Virus record (IMG/VR): IMGVR_UViG_3300049594_000068
Span: 1-31,626 of that record
Reading direction: 5' to 3' (one strand)
Length of the DNA stretch: 31,626 bases
Source: a virus
Taxonomy: Duplodnaviria; Caudoviricetes
This document shows positions 23,515 through 31,147 of this stretch, in pieces. Both the position numbers and the translations under genes were made by a program. Positions within the stretch are counted from its first letter, which is position 1; each line of letters opens with the position of its first letter. The notes below the pieces were generated by a model. It was not told where the DNA came from. It did no database searches and saw nothing but the letters and a program-made list of their open reading frames with translations.

Positions 23515-24899
23515 CACCGAATCCTTCTTGCTGGTGCAGGGGCTACCGTCAAGAATACAGCACCTAAAGCAATCAGCGCACGACGAGTGCTAACCGGCAC
23601 AGTCGAGTTGAGTGGAACATAGTTGTCTGCGAAACCTTGGAAGATGTTCAACACCGACTCGAACGCTTCACGCACCGAGTTCGGTGCTTCCTGTACCGCT
23701 TCGACTACCGCTTCGGCTTCATCGGGGCTGAGTTCGGTTGGGGTGATTTGGGTGAAGAGTTGTTCGGCTTGGGCGGGGGTGATGTTTTCTAGTACGGCTG
23801 GGCTGGTGATGAGGAGGGTGGCTTGGCTGGTGTCTAGGTCTTTGGTTAGGACTTCATCCACGATGGCTTCTATGGCCTCTGTGGACGCTTCTGAGAGGGC
23901 TTCTAGGGTGTTGAGTAGTTCTGTTTGGGTGAGTGGTTCTGGCTCGTCTGTGGAGGCTTGTAGCGTTGTGGTCACATCAGGTTCAGATGTGGTCACAGGA
24001 GGGACGGTCGATGTCGTTGTTGGTGGATTTGTTGAAGTTGTGCTGGTTGTTTCTGCTGGAGGCTTCGCCGTTGTGGTGGGGATTGGTTCTGGTTCCGTTG
24101 TGGTGGTTGTCGTTGTTTCGGGAACAGTAGAAGTTGTTACCGGTGGAACATAAACCGTCGTAGTCGTAGTTGGGGCTACAGTCGTTGAGGTACTTGTCGT
24201 CGTTGAACTAGTTGAGGTAACCGTTGAAACTGTTTCTTGGATTGTTGTTGACGTTTGTGGTGGTTCCGTTGTGGTTGATGGGACGGATGTTTGAGGAAGA
24301 CTCGAAGTCGTAGTAGTTGTTTCTTGAACTGTCGTAGTAGTCGGGTTGGTGACAGGGACAGTCGTTGACGGGACAGTAGTAGTAGAGGTCGTCGTCGTTG
24401 TTGTGGATGAGGTTGTAGATACCCATTCACCCAAGCCTAATGTCAGACCTGTAATCGTGAGGTTGCCTGGTTGGCAGCATGAGTCAGTCGAGTACTGCTG
24501 GAACGCAAACACATCACCAGCCTCAACCTGAATCAACCCTGATCCGGTGGCATTGTTCTCATTCGTCAGCTTCGTGATAACCCCATTGAGAATGATTTGC
24601 GGTGGGTCATACCAAGACCCATCATTGGTTTGATATACCCAATCAAAACCCAGTTCGTTTGTGTCCTCTGGGATGATGGCCTCAAGTTTTACCCAATGCG
24701 ATTTACCAGCACACGTCCCACCATCAGCACCCGTCAACCTAAACCCACCCTCAACCAACACAACCTGCCCACCCTCAACAGCAAGACAAGACTTCGAGAA
24801 CTCCCAAACCCCAAACCCGTCAGCCTTCGCAGACGATGCTGTGACTAAGAAACCAAGTAACGCAGGAACAAGGACTAACCAGCGACTACGGAAGAACAA
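23514..24899 (-). CDS. mucin-like Thr/Ser/Pro-rich exported membrane-anchored protein
   Basis: Probable TTG start at 24899 gives signal peptide MFFRSRWLVLVPALLGFLVTASSAKA. Then a Cys-containing beta domain, ~150-aa T/S/P stalk, acidic helical domain, and hydrophobic-plus-basic C-terminus. Confidence 0.75.
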   Translation of the reverse strand: MFFRSRWLVLVPALLGFLVTASSAKADGFGVWEFSKSCLAVEGGQVVLVEGGFRLTGADGGTCAGKSHWVKLEAIIPEDTNELGFDWVYQTNDGSWYDPPQIILNGVITKLTNENNATGSGLIQVEAGDVFAFQQYSTDSCCQPGNLTITGLTLGLGEWVSTTSSTTTTTTSTTTVPSTTVPVTNPTTTTVQETTTTTSSLPQTSVPSTTTEPPQTSTTIQETVSTVTSTSSTTTSTSTTVAPTTTTTVYVPPVTTSTVPETTTTTTTEPEPIPTTTAKPPAETTSTTSTNPPTTTSTVPPVTTSEPDVTTTLQASTDEPEPLTQTELLNTLEALSEASTEAIEAIVDEVLTKDLDTSQATLLITSPAVLENITPAQAEQLFTQITPTELSPDEAEAVVEAVQEAPNSVREAFESVLNIFQGFADNYVPLNSTVPVSTRRALIALGAVFLTVAPAPARRIR

Positions 24900-25104
24900 C
24901 TTCTGGTTCAACGAAGTTATCCGAATCTTCGTCGTAAATAAAACCTCTGCCAGCATAAGTTTTATCTGGCCTATCAACAAAAGTTTCAACCCAACGTCCC
25001 GTATATCGTTCAGGATTCGCTTCAAGAAAATCTCGTTCAACAACAGCTACATGAGTAACAACATTGTTGTCATCAATCTGTGCAAAATACTGTGCTTCGC
25101 TCAT
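24886..25104 (-). CDS. tail fibre-associated small protein (chaperone-like)
   Basis: YFAQIDDNNVVTHVAVV...WVET...YAG.G..YD...D.F..P pattern, typical downstream of Gly-rich fibres. Confidence 0.7.
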   Translation of the reverse strand: MSEAQYFAQIDDNNVVTHVAVVERDFLEANPERYTGRWVETFVDRPDKTYAGRGFIYDEDSDNFVEPEVVLP

Positions 25105-26126
25105 GCCTTGAACCTCACTAGAACTATGCCCGAACCGCCAGCAGCGCCGTTGTTACTTGCAAGCGCTGTGTTTGCACCGCCACCGCCACCGGTGTTTGCC
25201 GTGCCAGCAACGCCTCGATTACCGCCACCGCCTGAACCGCCAGTACCGCCTGAAGCACCACCACCACCGCCACCACCTGTATAGCGTGTCGTACCTGCGG
25301 TCTCACCACGAAACGTGGATGCGTCAAAGCCTGCGCCACCGTTACCACCTACGGTTCCCGAACCATTAGAACCAACAGCGCTTCCACCGCCACCGCCACC
25401 GCCTGCTTGACCTGTAGTTGTTACACCGTTACCGCCGTTGTTACCTTGAGCTGCTACACCACCAGTTGAGAATGTGCTTGCGGTAACACCAAAACCACCA
25501 CCGCCTGAACCGCCACCGTCTGCAGGCCCTAGAACAAAACCGACAATATCGCCACCACCAGTAGCACCACCAGAAGCCATAAGGCTTTGTGCTGATGCAC
25601 TCATGCGAGAAGGCAAACCTTGGTTTCGTCCGTTACCTCCAAACGGCCCGCCTGCTCCGACATCTACTGCGTAGGTTCCTGCTGCTAAATAAACAGTTTG
25701 TTCAGTAACTCCACCGCCACCGCCACCGCCAGCATAAATGTTTCCAGCACTATTTGAGCCTGCACCGCCTCCACCGCCTACCAGCAAGCAATCAAAAAGC
25801 CCAGCACGAGACACAACAAGATTCGAGTCAGATGTGAAGGTCAACATCGTGTAAGTAGTACCACTAACCGTAATTGCAGTTGAAGAAGCTCCACCTGTTG
25901 CAGAGCCATAACCAGTAGAAATATCAACCCACGCTGAACCGTTATACACCTGCAACGATGTTGCTGTTGAATAGGCAACCATTCCGGCTGATGGGGTTGG
26001 GATGGCTGAGGCTCGTGCTGCGGTGCCTGCGAACACCATCACGGATTGATCCATGAGGTAGCCGTTGACATCTGATGCGGTTAATACGTCACCAGGTGAC
26101 CATTCTTTACGTCCAAGTCCAGGCAT
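25101..26126 (-). CDS. glycine-rich tail fibre / receptor-binding protein
   Basis: N-terminal anchor GDVLTASDVN.YLM, LLVGGGGG, many GGGGG runs, C-terminal ANTGGGGG...GGSGIVLVRF. Confidence 0.85.
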   Translation of the reverse strand: MPGLGRKEWSPGDVLTASDVNGYLMDQSVMVFAGTAARASAIPTPSAGMVAYSTATSLQVYNGSAWVDISTGYGSATGGASSTAITVSGTTYTMLTFTSDSNLVVSRAGLFDCLLVGGGGGAGSNSAGNIYAGGGGGGGVTEQTVYLAAGTYAVDVGAGGPFGGNGRNQGLPSRMSASAQSLMASGGATGGGDIVGFVLGPADGGGSGGGGFGVTASTFSTGGVAAQGNNGGNGVTTTGQAGGGGGGGSAVGSNGSGTVGGNGGAGFDASTFRGETAGTTRYTGGGGGGGASGGTGGSGGGGNRGVAGTANTGGGGGANTALASNNGAAGGSGIVLVRFKA

Positions 26127-26138
26127 GATGCTCCTACT

Positions 26139-26348
26139 TTACACGCTCACCCAAGTAGTGCCGTTATAAACCTGCACACCTGTTGCTGTTGAATATGAAA
26201 CCATTCCTGCCGATGGTGTTGGGATTGCTGATGCTCGTGCAGCTGTACCAGCGAACACCATAATCATCTGATCCATCAGATAACCATTCAAATCTGTACT
26301 AGTGAACACATCCCCAGGTGCGAACACTTTCCTTCCAAGACCAGCCAT
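26139..26348 (-). CDS. fibre anchor-only paralogue
   Basis: 69 aa, 52/69 identical to the N-terminus of the next gene. Confidence 0.8.
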   Translation of the reverse strand: MAGLGRKVFAPGDVFTSTDLNGYLMDQMIMVFAGTAARASAIPTPSAGMVSYSTATGVQVYNGTTWVSV

Positions 26349-26357
26349 AGTTCTACT

Positions 26358-27587
26358 TTAGCCTAAGCCCTTCGTATCATCATTCAACTCCGACCCAACG
26401 AAACTGGATGTCAACCCCCATGTGGCGGTGCTGGTCGAGGCGTTCGCTGTGCCTGACCATGACTGACTGGTCAACGTGTAACCCGTATAGGTGTCAGCAT
26501 AAGTACCATCGAAATAAGGAAGGGCTGACGAGGCTTGTTCCAGTAGCACAGCGTCTAACAAAGTCACATTTGACAAAGACCCGTTGTTTAATTGCATATT
26601 CACAACCACGTCAGCAGTTGCTGTAGTGGCTGGGGCTGTTGCGGTAACACTTAAACGAGTCCAACCAGCACCAACATTTATTGTTGTATCAACTCCAGCA
26701 GCAGTTGAAATTAGCGCCCCGCCACTAGTAAAAAATCTGATGCTTATTCGGTGCTGACGATTGTTGCCAGCAGAGTTGTAAACGTATGCACTTGCCGTAT
26801 ACGACAAACCAACCGATGCAGGCGAGTTCGGTTCGTATGCTGTTCTTGCTGTTAAATCACCTGCACTTGCGCTTGTCATTTGCATTGATGCTGTACCGAT
26901 GTATTGATTGGTTGTAACTCTTAAAAGTGTGCATGAGGCACCAGCCCAAGTTGTGGTGTTGGTTTCAAAGTTTGGGTTGGTGACAAGGTTGGTGCGGGTT
27001 GTTGTGGTGGTGTATCCGCCAACGGTGAAGTAGGTGTAGATACGGGCAGGGTTGGTGTACAGGGTGACTATGTGACGGTCTGGGGTGATGTCATGGCTGA
27101 TGCCTTCCAAGGCCATGAGTTGGGTGACTGAGGCGGGGCTGGATGGGCTGGGGAAGGTTTTGGTGACGGAGATTTGTGAGCCGATTTCTAGGTTGGTGAT
27201 GGTGGTGCGTTGTGCATCGGTAAGACCATTCATGACGACTTGGATGTTGCCGAACCAGAACGCCGGTACTGGTCGGGTTAGGTATCCTGCGAGGTCTCCG
27301 GCATCATCCAAAGTTTCCAGCAGGGTCACTACTAATGGTGTTTCTTGTACACCGAACTCCGCTACCGAATCAGCGACCACAGCTTGAGCGAACTCGATGG
27401 TGGGTTGGAGGTCTCCTGCTGTTGGGATTGGTGGGGCGATAGCGACGTTGACTGTGTTGATTACTGACGGGTTCGTTGGGGTGAAGTCGTTAGGTCGTTG
27501 GTCGTTTGATGCAGCATAAAAGTCTGCGAGGATTGCAGCGAGTTCTGCTTCGTTAATCGTTACAACAAAGTCACCGAAGAAAGCCAT
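26358..27587 (-). CDS. minor tail/tip protein with carbohydrate-binding-module-like insertion
   Basis: LEIG..ISV.K.F, EGISHDITP tail motifs. RTNLVTNPNFE...W...YTASAYV...W.RLSVTATAP..A...D..LLE.....PYFDG is CBM4/9-like. Confidence 0.75.
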   Translation of the reverse strand: MAFFGDFVVTINEAELAAILADFYAASNDQRPNDFTPTNPSVINTVNVAIAPPIPTAGDLQPTIEFAQAVVADSVAEFGVQETPLVVTLLETLDDAGDLAGYLTRPVPAFWFGNIQVVMNGLTDAQRTTITNLEIGSQISVTKTFPSPSSPASVTQLMALEGISHDITPDRHIVTLYTNPARIYTYFTVGGYTTTTTRTNLVTNPNFETNTTTWAGASCTLLRVTTNQYIGTASMQMTSASAGDLTARTAYEPNSPASVGLSYTASAYVYNSAGNNRQHRISIRFFTSGGALISTAAGVDTTINVGAGWTRLSVTATAPATTATADVVVNMQLNNGSLSNVTLLDAVLLEQASSALPYFDGTYADTYTGYTLTSQSWSGTANASTSTATWGLTSSFVGSELNDDTKGLG

Positions 27588-28387
27588 TAGCTGTTCACAA
27601 TCTCAAACGACGAATACGGGATAGCGGTACCACCAGCGTCAGACAACACAGCCTCAATCGCTTGATACTCACCAACCAGACGACGATCAAAAGCAAACGT
27701 CCCATCAGCCTTCATAAAAATCCTTCCCTGCTCCGCAGTATTCACACGCAACAAATACTCCAAAATAGATGACGAAGAGTCAATCGGTGCTGTACCCAAA
27801 TTAGCAACACCAACTTCCAGTTCACGTTGACCTGGGCGGGTGAACAGTTCTTCGTTATCAAACACCGCTTCAATACGCTGATCGGAGCGTTGAGCAACAA
27901 CAGGGTTCTGAACAATCTTACGGTTGTTCAAAGTGAACAACGCATCCGAACAGTTAATTGTCACAAGTGACCTGTTCGGGTTCTCGATTCGCTGGTCATA
28001 TTGGGTGATAACACCAACAAACAGGTACACCCCGTTTCGGCTGATACGCACAGCAGAGTTCAACTCAAACCCCAACCTGTCCTTCGTAGCGTTCCAATAA
28101 GGTGAAGCCTCATTGACCAGGCTGAACCGATAATCCGAATCCTCAATCTGAATCACCGCAGTCGAAGGTTGACCCGTAGGGTCACGGAACCTGTTCTGCC
28201 TACCACGATTGATAGACACCTGTTTAACGAACGCGGTCACATCCTGAAAATCGGTTGTCCCATCCAAAAAATATGTGGTCGAATCCAACATCCCAGCCGT
28301 AACCGAATCCAACAAGAAAGCGTTCGTAGACGCACCATAATCCAACTCAACCGTATAGGTGCCACAGTTAGGAATCGCAACAGACAT
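27587..28387 (-). CDS. minor tail (distal/tip) protein
   Basis: Follows tape measure. DVT.FV..VSI.RGR, LF.G.I, C.DA...L, EQGR.F..ADG...F..R. Confidence 0.8.
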   Translation of the reverse strand: MSVAIPNCGTYTVELDYGASTNAFLLDSVTAGMLDSTTYFLDGTTDFQDVTAFVKQVSINRGRQNRFRDPTGQPSTAVIQIEDSDYRFSLVNEASPYWNATKDRLGFELNSAVRISRNGVYLFVGVITQYDQRIENPNRSLVTINCSDALFTLNNRKIVQNPVVAQRSDQRIEAVFDNEELFTRPGQRELEVGVANLGTAPIDSSSSILEYLLRVNTAEQGRIFMKADGTFAFDRRLVGEYQAIEAVLSDAGGTAIPYSSFEIVNS

Positions 28388-28391
28388 GACG

Positions 28392-30383
28392 TTACTTCGT
28401 CACTACAGGAACTTTGCCGATACTCCGATTGTATTGTTGCAACGCCTCAACCACCTTCTGAGGCAAACCCTGCTCCGCAATCGCAGCATTGATATTGATC
28501 TGATACGTATCATTCGGACGCAACGCAAACGCACCCCCAGCCGTCACCGGCACCTGACTCGACACCCCAGCCATCGGATTAGGCATCCCACCCAAAACCT
28601 TCGGATACTTCGCAATCAAATCAGCTGTGGCCTGCAACGATTTATTGAACTCATCCTGAGCGTCCTTCGTGCTAGTGACCGCATCCTCCCAAGCCTGAAA
28701 CGCTGATGCCTGTTCAGTAGTTGCATCAGTAAGATTCTTCAACGCCTCATCGTAAAGAATTGAACCAACCGTCGCACCATAGACAGTTTCATTCAGCAAC
28801 GTCTGCTGGTCATTCAACTCCTTAGTCGAATCAATCTGAGAATCAATCGCATCCTTCACCGACAACTTCGCCTCAGCCAGATTCAACTCTGCTCGACGAA
28901 TATCCATCGGTGAAGACTCAGGGTCTTTACGAACCTCAGCCAAATTCTTCTCAGCATCAGCCACCGAATAGATAGCCTCCTCAACCGCAAACGTCGCCCG
29001 CTCCTGAGCCCTCTGCGCCCTATCCAATTCCTTCTGCGCTGCCAAAGCCTCCGGTGAACCAGCACCAAAGCCACGCTCAATCTGAGCCAACCTAGCCTTA
29101 GCGTTAGCCAGGTTCGTATTCGCATCAGTCAACGAAGCAAGCGACTTCTCCTCAGACTTGCTCGCCTTATTCAACCTATCCTGCAAACGCTCAGACACAC
29201 CCAGGCTCTTGTTGTATTCATCCAACTTTTCGGTGGCCTTCTTCAAAGTCTTAGTGACCTTGCCCAAACCTTTTTCTTCACTACCTAATTCCTCGACTGA
29301 ACCATTGAAACTGGTTTGCTGATTGATTGCATCACGGATGCTGAGTTTGTAGTTGTTGACTGGTACAGCGATTGCGTCAAATGATGCTTTGAGTTTGTCA
29401 ACATCAACAGCAGAACCAGATATTGCTTTATAGGTGTATTTAATTTTATTTGCGATATTCGGGTCTATTACTGCCAAAGAAAAAAAGGCAGCTTTGTACA
29501 TTATGTTTGCAGCATTGGCTACTGCAACGGCGATGCTTTTGAATGTTGAGATAATCGCAGGCCCGGCTTTGCCTGATTCGAATAGCAGTTGTTGGAAACC
29601 AGCGACCAAACCTTTTTCACCGATGACTGAGGTGACACGTTGAATTGCTGGTGCCACGTTCTTAACTAAGAAGTCAGAAAACTTTTGTAGATATGGCAGA
29701 AGGGCTGCACCAATAGTTTCTAAAATCTCACCGAACTGACCTTGCAAAATCTTTAACTGTCCACCGAACGTATTCGCAGCGGTTTCCGCAGCACCTCCGA
29801 ACTGGTCATTCAACAGACCAACAACTTTTTCAAAGTCCTTGGACTTCTTGATGTTCTCATCGAGTGGGATGCCAAGTCTTGATAGTGCTGTGAACTGTCC
29901 CTGGCTGGCACGGGCTAAAGCGGTGGTCACGCTGCTTAGGTCTTTGCCTGTTGCAGCCGAAATATCTTGCGCAGTATTTAACAACGATTGCGATTGAGTG
30001 AGGTCACCTGTTGCTCGAACTAACAAACCCAGCGACGCACGAAGCTCAGTATCCGACGTTCCGGTTCGAATCTGTGTCACCGACACATACCGCTCAGCAG
30101 AACGAGTCAACGCTTCATTGGCTCCGAAGGTTTTCTCCAGCTGACGTTGCAACTCTGCCTGCGACTTCTGGTCTTCCATCGCAGCCTTGACCGATTTGGT
30201 AAGGCCAACAGCGATGGCACCGAAGGCTGCGGTAGCCCCAATCGCCAACTGACCCCAACCAGGGATAGCACCACCAACCGACTTCTGTAAACCTTTCAGC
30301 CCACCAGATAACCCCTTGAATCCTGCTTGGGCTTTAGCGGTATCAGAAATAAACTTAACAACGAACGTCCGCTCACCAGCCAT
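28392..30383 (-). CDS. tape measure protein
   Basis: 663 aa, Ala/Gly-rich and coiled-coil. AQDISAATGKDL..V..AL.RA..G...AL.RLG, FGGAAE.AA.T..G. Confidence 0.9.
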   Translation of the reverse strand: MAGERTFVVKFISDTAKAQAGFKGLSGGLKGLQKSVGGAIPGWGQLAIGATAAFGAIAVGLTKSVKAAMEDQKSQAELQRQLEKTFGANEALTRSAERYVSVTQIRTGTSDTELRASLGLLVRATGDLTQSQSLLNTAQDISAATGKDLSSVTTALARASQGQFTALSRLGIPLDENIKKSKDFEKVVGLLNDQFGGAAETAANTFGGQLKILQGQFGEILETIGAALLPYLQKFSDFLVKNVAPAIQRVTSVIGEKGLVAGFQQLLFESGKAGPAIISTFKSIAVAVANAANIMYKAAFFSLAVIDPNIANKIKYTYKAISGSAVDVDKLKASFDAIAVPVNNYKLSIRDAINQQTSFNGSVEELGSEEKGLGKVTKTLKKATEKLDEYNKSLGVSERLQDRLNKASKSEEKSLASLTDANTNLANAKARLAQIERGFGAGSPEALAAQKELDRAQRAQERATFAVEEAIYSVADAEKNLAEVRKDPESSPMDIRRAELNLAEAKLSVKDAIDSQIDSTKELNDQQTLLNETVYGATVGSILYDEALKNLTDATTEQASAFQAWEDAVTSTKDAQDEFNKSLQATADLIAKYPKVLGGMPNPMAGVSSQVPVTAGGAFALRPNDTYQININAAIAEQGLPQKVVEALQQYNRSIGKVPVVTK

Positions 30384-30392
30384 GCGACGATT

Positions 30393-31103
30393 CTACTCAA
30401 TAACAGACAACCCATTCCGCAAAGCAACAAACTCATCAAGCATCGCAGAATACAAAGCCTTCCCTGTCAGACCATCCCAACGAGAAATATCTACAGGAGC
30501 GTTCCACCAAGCCTCAGACAACACCTCTGCACCAGCACGACGCTGACGAGGTTGACGCACCTGCTTCGAGCGAGGCGACACAGGATTGACAACAGGTTCA
30601 ACATCCAACCTGAACGATGAATCAAGCAACACACCATGACCCTCATGGAACTCAAACGGCTGATCCGGTGCGTGTTGAGGTAGATAGAAAATACGAGCAG
30701 GGTCTTTAGTCTGAGGGTCACCAACCAACCCGATACGGTCATGCAACTCCTGCCACACCATACGCCACAACGAAGCAGGCACCTTCTCCGCTAACGGCAA
30801 AACAAGGTGATAGTGAGGATCATCCAACCGATGCGAATAAGTCGAATACGCAAACCATTCCAAACCATCAAGCCGAGCATGGTCAAACGCTTCACCGTCC
30901 ATGTCCACAACCAACGCCTCAACAAACCTGACATTACGGTTACCTCTGGTAGTACCAGCGTCATACTCAACCGGAGACCACAACGCACCCGCAGCCTTGA
31001 CAGCGTTCTCCTCATGCAACGACAACAGCTCTTTAAGTTGTTCCCAAGACGAAGCCAATGGCTTGGGATAAATCGACTTCACATTCCTAAACAGAACAGC
31101 CAT
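30393..31103 (-). CDS. stand-alone archaeo-eukaryotic primase (AEP)-like protein
   Basis: R...NV....LVVDMD (motif I), YSTYSH (motif II), PHYHLVLPL, D....DPARIFYLP (motif III). No helicase attached. Confidence 0.75.
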   Translation of the reverse strand: MAVLFRNVKSIYPKPLASSWEQLKELLSLHEENAVKAAGALWSPVEYDAGTTRGNRNVRFVEALVVDMDGEAFDHARLDGLEWFAYSTYSHRLDDPHYHLVLPLAEKVPASLWRMVWQELHDRIGLVGDPQTKDPARIFYLPQHAPDQPFEFHEGHGVLLDSSFRLDVEPVVNPVSPRSKQVRQPRQRRAGAEVLSEAWWNAPVDISRWDGLTGKALYSAMLDEFVALRNGLSVIE

Positions 31104-31119
31104 AACCCCTCCTACCTAG

Positions 31120-31147
31120 AGGGTACAGGAAACCAGCGGAATGTCAA
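31120..31147 (-). promoter_or_regulatory. dedicated sigma70-type promoter of the AEP gene
   Basis: TTGACA(31147-31142)-16 nt-TACCCT(31125-31120), then SD AGGAGG. Confidence 0.6.

Noticed and set aside
23960-24420. Tandem DNA repeat or array in the gtt/gtc/gta-rich stretch
   Set aside because: It is explained by Thr/Ser codon runs with varied third positions and has no fixed repeat unit.
24900-25043. N-terminal 48 aa of the 509-aa ORF call
   Set aside because: It overlaps the 72-aa fibre-associated gene. The signal peptide indicates a start at TTG 24899.
25130-25780. ccaccgccaccgcc repeats
   Set aside because: These are poly-Gly codons of the tail fibre.
25920-26348. Repeat pair as a diversity-generating retroelement TR/VR
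   Set aside because: No reverse transcriptase is present, differences are not adenine-specific, and the repeat covers the N-terminal anchor rather than a C-terminal variable region.
26127-26360. Genome-wide stop-codon reassignment
   Set aside because: TAA, TAG and TGA all terminate conserved genes at the expected positions, and no suppressor tRNA is seen.
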